Assembly (NCBI GenBank): GCA_964016885.1
Contig: OZ024743.1
Span: 335,048,001 to 335,112,000, forward strand
Length of the DNA stretch: 64,000 nucleotides
Direction of reading: 5' to 3'
Source of the DNA: Eledone cirrhosa
Lineage: Eukaryota
Position 1 is the stretch's first letter. Each line of letters opens with the position of its first letter. Positions 13,228 to 24,262 of the stretch are shown here, piece by piece. The position numbers and the translations under genes are program-made. The notes under the pieces are model-generated. The model did no database searches, was not told where the DNA came from, and worked only from the letters and a program-made list of their open reading frames with translations.

Positions 13228-14011
13228 TGAACCGACAATTCCGCGCAGGACAACTCAGCGCCGATAATTCAGCGCATGACAATTTAGCGCAACGACAATT
13301 TAGCGCATGACAATTTAGCGCAAGGATGATTCAGCGCAAGGACAATGCAAAACGCCGTCGTAGAAGGGATGCCATTTTTATACCCGAATTCTGGAGTATT
13401 TTTTATCGTGTTCTAGGAGACCTACCAAGGACCAACAATTCTTTAGAAGGGTGGCACCAAAGACTTCAATTATCATTGGGTCATAACCACCCAACCATTT
13501 ATAAGTTTGTAGAGTTGCTCAAACTAGAACAATATATTACAGAGAAAAGGATATTAAGAACCAGAGCTGGACACGAGGATGTCTTCAAACAAGCAAAATA
13601 TTAAAGGACTCATAAAGCGATAACGACGTTAGTGACTGAGTATCGAAATCGAGTCGATAAGTTGGAGTACTTTGCGTTACCAAATTGAACTACAGAAGTA
13701 AATTATTATTAATATTTCTATAAAAATATTTTTTGGGTATTCATATTTCTATAAATATATCTTATTTTAGTATGCTATTTCAATAAATCTTTTATTTTAA
13801 TTATTGTCTGTCAATAAAATATTTAAACTCAAATCTAATTTCGTTATTCCTTTTCTTCAATTGTCCTTGTATTTGCTTCCTTGCGCTAAATTGTCATGCA
13901 CTGAATTGTCTTTGCGCTAAATTGTCATGCGCTGAATTGTCTTTGCGCTAAATTGTCATGCACTGAATTGTCTTTGCGCTAAATTGACCTGCGCGGAATT
14001 GTCGGTGTGCC
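13226..14011 (+). mobile_element. Internally deleted MULE (Mutator-like) DNA transposon
   Basis: TIRs ACCGACAATTCCGCGCAGG / CCTGCGCGGAATTGTCGGT, subterminal 15-bp arrays (GACAATTTAGCGCAN) in inverted orientation, inserted in (TA)n. Confidence 0.85.
13370..13690 (+). pseudogene. MULE transposase C-terminal fragment
   Basis: PEFWSIF...PRTNNSLEGWH...HPTIYKFVELLKLEQ, containing the TNN..E.W catalytic-Glu motif of MULE transposases. Confidence 0.85.
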
Positions 14012-14326
14012 ATATATATATAAGAGAGTATTGATGTTTGCTTGAAGCATTGTGGAATAATAACATTTTTTTATGTTGTTTTGGAAGCCTCAACAATGCA
14101 GATGGGTAAATCTTCGGGTAACATAATCCAGTGGTGAAGAGAGATATGTAAGGGAGTGTAGAATGCGATGTATAGTGTGTCGAGGAACGTAGGAAAGACC
14201 GTAAAAAATAAAAATAATAACACGAGATAGAGTTACCTTGGGAGAGATTTATTGGAGGATTTCCCGGGGGAGGGGGGGGGGGTTATCTGTCGGAGAGGAA
14301 CGGTACGTGGTCTCTGTTGTCCGCTG

Positions 14327-14362
<36 letters not shown>

Positions 14363-14544
14363 CGTTTCTGAATTTGTTTAGCAAGATTCTTTATCTGAAA
14401 ACGTGTGTTGAAACCGATATTGTTATACTTTGGGAGGGTTATGTTGCCAATAAGAAACACACGCACCAGTTGCTTATTATAAATTAAATTTATAAATTTC
14501 CGGTTGGTTGGTTAGTTCCACAACCAGACGATTGTTCATATATT

Positions 14545-14587
14545 CTCAAAGTTCTTTCATCACATATTCTGTGACCTCTTCAGTGAC
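14545..14587 (-). ncRNA. Minimal type I hammerhead ribozyme (pLTR copy, slightly decayed)
   Basis: GTCA-CTGAAGA-GGTCAC..GTGAT-GAA-AGaaCT-T-TGAG. Confidence 0.6.
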
Positions 14588-14804
14588 TGGGGATTGTTTT
14601 CTTTGTTTTTGTGCCTCTCCTTTGTTCTGTCCTACGCCATCTTCATTTTGTGTGTGTTGTGTGCTTAGTTTGCGCATGTGTTACATGCGGGTGTCTGTGT
14701 GTGTTTATATTTGTATTTGTATTTGTATCTGTTTATTTATTTGTTTATTTACATGTTACTGGTTTGTTGTTTGTTCTATGTGTGCATGTGTTTTCATTTT
14801 GTCC

Positions 14805-15171
14805 TTAATTGTAAGTTGTGATGTTGCTATTCCATTCATGTTTTCTATTTAATTCTGGTTGGGGTTCATTTATGTTTATTGCCTCTGTGATTTGTCTAAA
14901 CATTGCGTATTTTCTATGTGTAGATTCTATTTTTATTTCTATGTTCTCTAATTTACCCTTATGTTCTATTTTAGCATGTTGGTGGAGGACAGATGATTCT
15001 TTACTATCTTGAAGCTCTCGACAGTGTTCATTTTTCCGTTCTCCTATACTACGAGCTGTCTCACCGATGTACACTATATTCTTATCTCTACATTGTCCTT
15101 CAGTACATCTTATGCTATATACGACATTTCTAGTTTTACAGTTAATATCAGGTCTTAGTTTACAGATTATA
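14805..15171 (-). pseudogene. PLE GIY-YIG endonuclease fragment
   Basis: CIIC...CKTRNVVYSIRC...IVYIGETARSIGERKNEH...SVLHQH...RQITEAINI...PELNRKHEW. Confidence 0.9.
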
Positions 15172-15173
15172 CA

Positions 15174-15216
15174 GTCACTGAAGAGGTCACAGAATGTGTG
15201 ACGAAAGAAATTTGAC
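15174..15216 (+). ncRNA. Minimal type I hammerhead ribozyme (inverted pLTR copy)
   Basis: Stem I GTCA/TGAC, core CTGAAGA, stem II GTCAC/GTGAC, GAAA, minimal stem III. Confidence 0.65.
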
Positions 15217-15364
15217 AATATATGAACAATCGTCTGGTTGTGGAACCAACAAACCAACCGGAAATTTATAAATTCTTAAATTTATGAATTTTATTTATAA
15301 TAAATTGGAGTGATAGCATCTGGTGCGTGTGTTTCTTATTGGCAACATGACCCTCCCACAGCAT

Positions 15365-15457
<93 letters not shown>

Positions 15458-15690
15458 GTCTATAGAATCATAAGATAAAATATATACCATTTCCTCTCCC
15501 AATTACCATAATTAACAATATAGAAAATCGAATAGACCAGGCTATAAGAATGAGGCTTCTATGAAGAAATCTCCAACAAATAACCGAAACTAGCCCTTCG
15601 CGTCGGCCGCAACTTAATATTTATCGAATATTTTGACAGCGTAATCGCCCAGATACAGTCAATTAAACAGAATTAGGTGTAAAATAAACT

Positions 15691-15732
15691 AGGAGAAAAT
15701 AGAATACATTTAAATGTATTCTATTTTCTCCT
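15691..15732. repeat. Perfect 42-bp palindrome
   Basis: AGGAGAAAATAGAATACATTT|AAATGTATTCTATTTTCTCCT. Confidence 0.9.
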
Positions 15733-15841
15733 CGTTCCTTTAATAATTGTGTCTACTTTTGGCACAAGGCCAGCAATTATTCCAGTGCATTACTGGTACT
15801 TTATTTTATCGACCCCGGTTTGTATATACATACATACATAC

Positions 15842-15923
<82 letters not shown>

Positions 15924-15989
15924 AGTTTATCCCGAGATCAATCGGGGGTAACGACAGTAAGTAAGGTACTCAATACAAAGCCAGAGTAT

Positions 15990-16100
15990 AAATATTTAAA
16001 ATAGAAAAGCTTCTACAGGTCTAGAACTGTTTCATTCGTCCTGGTATTTTCTCACGAATGAAACAGTTCTAGTCCTGTAGAAGGTTTTCTATATTAAATA
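15990..16100. repeat. Fold-back repeat with hammerhead-like 3' half
   Basis: CTAGAACTGTTTCATTCGT / ACGAATGAAACAGTTCTAG; another copy at 51765-51812. Confidence 0.7.
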
Positions 16101-16117
16101 AATATATATATATATAT

Positions 16118-16301
16118 AGGAGAAAGTATGACCTCGACGGCCGAGCTCAAGCCGTTTCGAGTCCAGAAATAGCCGTCAAAATGACTTGAGCTCTGCCGTC
16201 AGGGTCATACTTTCTCCTATTACCCACTCTACTACCCTAAGTATTGAGTACTCTGGTGCGTTATGTTCCATCTGGTTCCTTACCACAACTCGTCCGTTAT
16301 A

Positions 16302-16302
<1 letters not shown>
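16118..16302 (+). mobile_element. PLE-type terminal fragment with inverted 5' copy
   Basis: AGGAGAAAGTATGACC / GGTCATACTTTCTCCT inverted; GAAACGGCT..GGCCGTC stem III/GUC on the minus arm; relatives at 45732 and 58353. Confidence 0.6.
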
Positions 16303-16344
<42 letters not shown>

Positions 16345-16448
16345 TATTGAAGTTTCCGTTGAAAATTTAAAAAGTCATAGGAGTGAAGAGTGATCTTTGT
16401 AAGTACCAGAGCTAAATTTAATGTATAATAAACAATACAATATAATTA

Positions 16449-16516
16449 CCTCATTACCAGAGGTTTCCCGAATAAGACGAATACGGAAAACGTCCTCATT
16501 CGTTCGTCGGACAAGG
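16449..16516 (-). ncRNA. Type I hammerhead ribozyme with CCGACGA (U4C) core
   Basis: Stem I CCTTGT/ATGAGG, stem II CGAATGAG.GACG/CGTCTTATTCG, GAA-ACC-tct-GGT-A; lies in the repeat 16342-16570 homologous to 53970-54150. Confidence 0.7.
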
Positions 16517-17515
16517 CAATTTAAAACATAGTGAAATATTTGAAAAATCTCCTCAAGAAAGGCAAATATAAATATATATATATATATATATTTATTTAGG
16601 GTTTTACCACTTTCGACTGATGTGGTGGCTTTTCCGGCTGCGCGCCGGGTGCTCGGGTAGTTCAGCCATCCTTGAGGGCTTGGAAAAATAAATTTCCCCT
16701 CTTTCGGTAAACGAAATTACTCTGAGAGGCTCGCTTCGCCCCGAGTTATTTCGATTTCTGTGATATTTTAATTTATATTTTCGACGAGACTACACGTGTT
16801 GTCTCTCGAAAAAGAATATAGAAATCTTGTTAAATAATTAAGTGAGTATATTTGTTATATGACTATTGTTTCTCGTTTTTACTTATTGATATTATCATAA
16901 TTATTATGGAATATACTATTTATGTTACCCAATATATAGTTTAAATTTATTTAGCATTTGTTAAAAGTACATTGTAAACAATCCGACACGCTTATCTAGT
17001 ACTTGATACTTAATATTTAAAACTCACAGTAATAATCATTAAAATCATAATACTATTTATTTGAATCCGCGCCATTTTACTCTATTCTATTTTATTTTAT
17101 CCCATTTTATTTTCATTTATTTATATTTATTTTTCTCATGAACACATGTTTTTTTTCTTTTTTGAAGTGTCTGGAATAATATTTAAAGAAGTATACTAAT
17201 CATTATAATTAACGTTTGTTTATTCAACTCACTTAGCATAACCCTCTCTCTCTGTTGCTGCTTTTCTTCCACGCTGTCTCTCTCTTCTGCCCCCTCTTTC
17301 TTTCTCTCTCTCTCTCTCTCTCTCTCTCGCTTTCCAGATCTCTCAAGCTCGCTCTCTCTCTCTTTCCCTCAAAATCGCTCTTTGAATTTCTCACACACTT
17401 TCTCATTCCTGGGATTATTCACGCCGTGTCCCCCTCTCTCTCGCTTTAATCTTCTCCCTACCCCTCCCGCTCACGCTCTCTCTCTCCCTCTCGCTTTAAC
17501 CTTCTCCCTACCCTT

Positions 17516-17552
<37 letters not shown>

Positions 17553-17589
17553 TCTCTCTCTCTCTTCCATCTACAGCCAAATCGACTGC

Positions 17590-19340
17590 ATGGAAGGAGG
17601 AAATGCAAATAGAAACCAACGAAATTGGACAAAGATAGAACTCAAAGTGATGATCAAGTGTTGGACTCCAGCTGATGGGGCGCCGCCAATCGAAATAATT
17701 GCAGAGACCTTGCCTTGAAGGGCCAGGGGTTTCCAAGGATTTTGGCGCAAATAGAGAGGAAAAGGAGTGGAATTGAGAGGGCCTATGCCCTCATAGTGCC
17801 ACACATGGCCATGCTAAGCTGTGTCCTCAAGGAGGAAGAAGGCAGGAAGGAAAAGGAAGAAAATATAAACAATGACCACAAAGTGTCTAGGGGACACAGA
17901 AGGACACGAAAACAACCGTAAATGGGATACCCACCGCCACAGTCAAAGAAGTCAGGCCGGGCGCACAACAGGTAGGCGGTAAAAGTGAAACAAGAGTTCA
18001 CCAACCGAAGGAAAGCATCCAAGCAGAAAAGGACCAGTGGACAAGGGTCCAAGGGAAGAATGGATGGCACCATGATAATGGCAAAAAGAAAACCCAGGTA
18101 ACATGCACATTCTTCAAGAACGGGACCTGCAGGCATGGAGAAATGGGGACAGGCTGTAGGTTCACTCACCCAAAGCCCCAGGTGAGCTACACCCAACTAC
18201 TCATCCAAAATGCCACAGTCAAAGCCAGAACCGATGAAAGCTGCCCCAGAAGTTTGCTGATGTTGTGCATGCCGCACCAACAAAGAAGAGAAGGCACGCA
18301 TATGCAAATGAAATACAGACGGTGGCAGTGGAGCAAAATAATCCTTTAGAGATGGCGGAGAGGATTGTGAGACAACTGACCTGGCTACATCGTTTCTAGA
18401 GCCAGGGTCACTCACACCAGTAGACGAGATCACCACAATCAAGGGACCCAGGGTGGCCGCTGCTGACACCATGCCAGGTCCCACACCGAAAGCCATTGCT
18501 GATACCACAAATGTCACACCAGTGCTGCTGTTGAATGTCAGAGGCCTGGTGAAACTCAGTAACATGAGTAACATTCTCTACCTGAAAGACTTAACCATAA
18601 GCAATCAAGTAATAAGAAGCATGGCACTAACCGCAACGCACCTGACAAAGAGTTTAGCAGATGCGGAAATACATATACCAAAATGTACTGTATTTCGCTC
18701 AGTCAGTAAGGAGAGAACTCATGGTGGGGTTGCCCTGTACATCCATGAAGATGTTACACCCATTATACTGTTGTGTAATGGGTGTACTTCATATGTATTA
18801 TCAGTGTATTACATTCAGTCTGTGAAAATAGTAATATGTGTCACATATCGTCCACCTAACGCCCCTAGTCATGAAGGTAAGTTTGAGTATACCCTCAGAA
18901 GGATGGAAAAAGTCCTTGACAAATTGGACCAAGATCTCAATATTCTGCTGCTGGGATACTTTCACCTACCAAAAGTTAAATGGCCTGAGGGCCACCACCT
19001 CTCAGGAATGACATCACTCGAACAGAGACAGACATAGTCCCGCTGGACCTCACACAGGCTGTTCATGGAACAAACAGTACTCCGCCCAACAAGAGGCGAG
19101 AATGTCCTGGATCTCTGCTTTACAAATAACGTAGTGCTCATCCACAATGTAAAGGTGACACCAACGATTTTCTCGGAAGATAACTTAGTAGAACTAATGA
19201 TATGTGGTCTGTGAGAATCATCAGAGACGCAACAATTAAGAAGCACTGGGAATTTAACCAGCCTTAACTTTCGAAAGGCTAATTGAATAAAGATCAAGAA
19301 AGAGATCCGGAAGCAAATCTGGAGCGACATCATCACCACA
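17590..19340 (+). mobile_element. CR1/L2-group LINE 5' part (ORF1 zinc finger + APE endonuclease), decayed, RT absent
   Basis: CTFFKNGTCRHGEMGTGCRFTH (CCCH-like); LNVRGL, GGVALYI, YRPP, LLGYFHLP, PTRGENVLDLCFTN APE motifs. Confidence 0.75.
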
Positions 19341-19391
19341 GACACATATATATATATGGTAGTAGGATTGGTGTTCTGAATTACCGATGCA

Positions 19392-19482
19392 TACATGAAT
19401 GTATGTATAGTATATTTGGCAATATACCGTATGTTTAATTAAAATTGAAATACGGTATATTGCCAAATATACTATACATACA

Positions 19483-19487
<5 letters not shown>
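19392..19487. repeat. Fold-back of the tail of the 28286 hammerhead family
   Basis: GTATAGTATATTTGGCAATATACCGTAT / ATACGGTATATTGCCAAATATACTATAC. Confidence 0.8.
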
Positions 19488-19563
<76 letters not shown>

Positions 19564-19579
19564 TAAAATAACAGATTAA

Positions 19580-19631
19580 AGTTTAAGCAAAAAAATCGCT
19601 GCTTTCACCCTTAACTGGATCTTCTGAAACT
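19580..19631 (-). ncRNA. Hammerhead-like motif with CAGAAGA (U4A) core
   Basis: Stem I AGTTT/AAACT, CAGAAGA, short stem II, GAA-AGCA..TGCT-T. Confidence 0.6.
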
Positions 19632-20145
19632 AACAAAGTCAATCTGTAAACGCAGAAGTGGATATTTAAAAAAACGTTGCAACAGGAGGAACACACGAAG
19701 ACGATACTTTGGTTCGTGGAAACGTTCCCTGGATCAGGAGTTTTAGGTATGTTTTCCTGCTTGGTACGGGTATGTTCTTTGTAGAAATATTCAGATGTTG
19801 TTTTTGCATGATGAATATAAGTCAATAGAGTGCTCAACCGAGGGAGCCCTCTTATCGAGTTATTCAGTTAGCCCGCTTATCGAGCCCTCTTTAGATTTTA
19901 GTCTTCAAATTTATTATTATTACTATTTGGTTCCCTTGGTTGAGCACTCTATTGATTTATATTCTTCATGCAGAAACAACATCTGAATATTTCTACAAAG
20001 AACATACCCGTACCAAGCAGGAAAACATACCTAAAACTCCTGATCCAGGGAACGTTTCCACGAACCAACGTATCGTCTTCGTGTGTTCCTCCTGTAGTCA
20101 CGTTTTTTGAAATATCCACTTCTGCGTTTACAGATTGACTTTGTT

Positions 20146-20196
20146 AGTTTCAGAAGATCCAGTTAAGGGTGAACGCAGCGATTCTTTGCTTAAACT
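20146..20196 (+). ncRNA. Mirror copy of the CAGAAGA hammerhead (GAAA mutated to GAAC)
   Basis: AGTTT-CAGAAGA-TCCAGTTAAGGGT-GAACGCA..TGCTT-AAACT. Confidence 0.45.
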
Positions 20197-20303
20197 TTAA
20201 TCTGTTATTTTAATAAATATTTGCTCTACGGTTCTTATATATTTGATATATATTTATCCTTATCGAGCCCTCTTTGTATTTTAGTCTTCAAATTTATTAT
20301 TAT

Positions 20304-20350
<47 letters not shown>

Positions 20351-20373
20351 AACTACTCCCCAAATTATTTGTA

Positions 20374-21549
20374 CGAGGGTGGACTGAAAATTGCATTGGC
20401 TGTGTACGAAGGAGTGATGCTCTGAGCTGTGAAATCTTGCATGTATTAATTTCAACTCTTGTTAATTGTATCGTTACGTTCCAAGTACACTGACATATGA
20501 CTGTACAAAGAAGCCTTCAAAATTAGCTAATAGCGACCTTTCTTGAAAATGGACAAACATTTTCATCGTAGTGTTATCAATTACCTGCAGAAAAGGATTT
20601 AGTCCACAAAGGATCTTCGAGCTGATATGCTTGCTACATTAGGGGATGGCGCTCCAGCTTTATCAACAGTGCAAAGGTGGATCGCTGAATTAAGAGAGAA
20701 TCTTTAAGATGACTGAAGGTATGGACGACCTGCATAGAAAGCATAGAGCGTATTGACCAGAGGGCGATGGAGGACATGCGATTAACTATAAGTGAAACAG
20801 CCACTGCCATTAGCATATCCCGTGAGAGACTTCAGAATAATTCTCACAATAAACTTGGCATGACGAAGGTTTCTGCTCGGTGGGTGCCAGATCTGACACA
20901 TGATGAAATATGCACCAGGCTGATCACATCCCGGGAAAATAGATACAGTTGGTTACCTTGAACGTTTCCTAACCCAAGATGTGTGTTGCGTTCATCATTT
21001 TGCGCCAGAGACAAAAGGACAAACCCTGCGGCGGAAACACCCCCTCTTCACCCCCTCTAAAGAGGCCAAGGTCATTTCCTCTGACGGGAAGTTGATGGCC
21101 TCAGTTTCATTGGATACAAAAGGCCATGTGTTTATTGTCAACTTTCTGAAGCAGTTACGAAAGGCGCTCAAGTCCAAACGACCAGGTAAATTGATGAAAG
21201 GTTTCTTGCTTCATCAGGACATGCCCCAGCACACAAGACCTTGGTTTCAATGGCTGCTGTGCTTGACTGTGTCTTTGAAGTGGTTTATTACTCTACCTAT
21301 TCTCCTGATTTCATCTGTTCCTCAACATGAATAAGTATTGGCTGGGAACCAGTATCGCAGTGATGAGGACGTCATATCTGCTGTTGATGACTTTTTACCA
21401 ACAGGATGAAAGTTTCTTCATCAATGGTAACCAAACACTACAACACCGATTCAAGAAGTGTATAGACCTCAAGGGGAGGATTATGCTGAACAGTAAACCT
21501 CGCCATGGGAATATCTTGCTCAGCCTATGAACCTTTCAGCGGGCGCTCG
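20374..21549 (+). mobile_element. Mariner transposon relic with frameshifted transposase (about 20549-21490)
   Basis: TA-flanked imperfect TIRs CGAGGGTGGACTGAAA / TTTCAGCGGGCGCTCG; APALSTVQRW, KVSARWVP, FLTQD..VHHF.PETK, GKLMASV motifs. Confidence 0.9.
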
Positions 21550-21867
21550 TATTTAAATGATTGATGAGCTCATAACAGGGATGGAATATTCCAGTTATTC
21601 TAACGAACGGTTGTAAATCAATCAAATGATTTAATTTAAATGCTTGTTAATCTTTATTTTTTTATATATGTGCTCTGTGGTATTGCAAAAATATCGTGAC
21701 TGCAAATTTATCGATTGGATTTAACACTGAACTGTCTCTTACCTATCTTGTTGTGGGCTATAAAATCTCATTGAACTTTTAAATCTTCTTTACATTTATA
21801 TGGCTGTATTATCAACTCATTTACATTTTATATTTATATACACACACACACACACAATTATGTGAAA

Positions 21868-22140
21868 CTCGCGGCTTAGAGGCTAGTGTATTCTGCTCAA
21901 AATCGTATGGTTATGAGTTCGATTCCCGGTAGCACGTTGTCCCCCTTTATTTCACATCACTCCACTCCACTCAGCAGGCAAACATGACTTGTACGCGTAA
22001 TTCGAAGGCCATCCTTGTCACATTGTGTTACGCTGAATCTCCCTGAGAACGAAGTTAAGGGTACAAGTGTCTGTAGAATGAACGTTAACTTCCTGATCGT
22101 ATTAACTGGGGCACTCATCATCGTAACCGACAGAGTCGCA
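21868..22140 (+). mobile_element. tRNA-derived SINE (family B)
   Basis: B-box GAGTTCGATTCC, CTTTATTTCACAT..CCACTCAGC; body shared with 36180-36480. Confidence 0.75.
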
Positions 22141-22159
22141 GTTTCAACACACACACGGG

Positions 22160-22375
22160 CGGACGGTGTGTTGGAAAAGTTGTTAGAGTCGGAAAGATTT
22201 TCATCAATTATTTGTTTTCATTCTTAGTTCAAACGTCGTCGATATAAACGTCGCCTTTCATTTCTTCCAATGAAGTATCAGTCAAGAAGTGGGACCAATA
22301 TCATCAACATCTCTCAAAAATACAAAAGAAAATTAATAATTTTCTGTCCCTGTGCCAAAAGTAGAAAACATTATT
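22160..22375 (+). mobile_element. SINE family A (degenerate)
   Basis: AGTTCAAA...GCCTTTCAT...GTGCCAAAAGTAGAAA tail. Confidence 0.55.
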
Positions 22376-22953
22376 GGGACACGCGTATATATCGATTGTG
22401 TTTCCACCACCTTTTTAAAAATTGCAATGTCTTTTGTCTACTACTGCACAACTATTTAAGCTTATAAATGACATAAATGACACTCTAAATCATAAATCAA
22501 CAGTATCGTTATTTTTAGTGCTATATATGGCAGACATGTCGGAGCAGCTGTCAAAAGGCTTATGAGTATATTATGTTTGATTGTCTGCTGCATACGCCCA
22601 CAACTACAGCCTTGTCTACGAATGGAAAGGGACTTCCGTCAGTTTCTACGAAGAGTGTTCCATTTGCTTGTTCAATGGAACAGCCTGTTAATGAGATGAA
22701 TGTCTAAATAACACGAATATTTCAAACCACGTGTACCCTTAACGTAATTTTCAGTGTGCCTTAGCGTAACCCAAATATGACAGAGCTGGCCATTTAAATT
22801 AGGGACACAATCGATCTGACATGCTTTCAAACAGTTTCACTTGCAAATTGTTGATCGAGCTAAGGTTATACTGAATGACATTTGATCCAGATGCCGTTCA
22901 GTGGGATCAAACTCGAGACTTATTGATAGCAAAGCGAACTCGTGTGCGTGTGT

Positions 22954-22989
<36 letters not shown>

Positions 22990-24059
22990 GTCTGTGTGTC
23001 TGTGTGTGTGAGAAAGAGTGAGAGAGAGTGAGAGAGAGAGAGAGAGAGAGAGTATTTGAATTCCTTTCAATGTTTAAGTCTATCTGGTCTAAAGTCTGTT
23101 TCAAGCCAGAAGGCTCGTTAGACCGGTGCTTTTCCCAGGAATCGAACCTACGACTTCGTGATCGTAAGTCTAACACCCTTACTACAACATTTCGATGTCA
23201 AAAGACAATATTTATATACACATATACTCACATTCATTCAAATATTTAGTTTTGTGTTACTCTCATATCAATATTCCTGTTACGTATTTCTGTAGAGATT
23301 TATATTAATGGAAGCTAAATGTAAAACAACAACTATATACAAAGGAAGATACATAAACACACAGACACGCCACAAACATATTGTGTATGTACATATATAC
23401 ATATATTTACAAGCATTTACACATATGAATGGCTAATTATTAACTTGAAAGTACACTGAAATATTTAAGATGATGTTATACGGCGAGAATAAATATTATT
23501 CAAATTATTCATGGGCAAACAACTAAATGCTTTGCTTCTGTGAGCTTTTCAATTGAATGATAATTTATTACGGATGGTTGAATATATAGTTAAGTCAACA
23601 AAAGACAATAAGTGAACTATTTAAACACAATAATTGTTTTCTTCTTAATTCGAAAAGGAAACTGAATATGTGTGAATATTACGCTGTAGAATACAGATCG
23701 TTAGAAGATAGAGAAACAGTGAACTCGTATAAATAGATAGAAGTTACAATATGGAGAAGAGAGTGAGATAACAAGAGGGAGATATAGCTATAGAAGGAAG
23801 GCTTAGATAGATAGATATCTTAGTTTTTAATTTAATTTTATGTTTTAGACAATAACCTTGTATTTATTGAAGAACATTTATACAATGATGGAAATATTAA
23901 AAATAGGATAAAAACAAAAATTAAGTAATAAAAAAAAGGAGAAGGGGTAGAAAAGGGCAGATCTGGCTGTATAGGAAAGTAAAGGAAAGGACTATAAATG
24001 CCATAAGTAAGAAGAAAAAGGAAGGAAAGAGCAAGGATTATTAGAGAAGGGGAAGGGGA

Positions 24060-24262
24060 GAAGGTGATAAACTCTACATCTAGACAGGGATGGTGATTTT
24101 GGTAGCACCCTGCAGATAAAATTGCAACGGTATTTCCGCGAACAATGTCCAGTGATATCCGCTGCATTAGCCACCTCACCACACGGGGCTCTTTCCTCAG
24201 GAGCTCAGCTGTACGGGACCCGATGACGTCAGAAGTCTTGATGGTGACCGGTGTAAAGAGAA
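24060..24262 (-). mobile_element. CRE-like RLE retrotransposon 3' fragment
   Basis: FTPVTIKT...WLMQRISLDIVRGNTVAIL. Confidence 0.7.

Larger units (their letters stand above)
14415..15370 (-). mobile_element. 5'-truncated Penelope-like element with inverted pseudo-LTRs
   Basis: GIY-YIG fragment flanked by inverted repeats 14415-14588 and 15172-15370, each holding a hammerhead motif. Confidence 0.85.
19558..20310. mobile_element. Inverted duplication of a non-coding PLE/retrozyme-type terminal repeat
   Basis: 19558-19842 is the reverse complement of about 19935-20218 with few differences; the spacer contains a tail copy; (TA)n on both sides. Confidence 0.85.

Noticed and set aside
13245-13990. 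Regular 15-bp repeats as a CRISPR-like array
   Set aside because: No unique spacers, eukaryotic context; explained as MULE subterminal repeats
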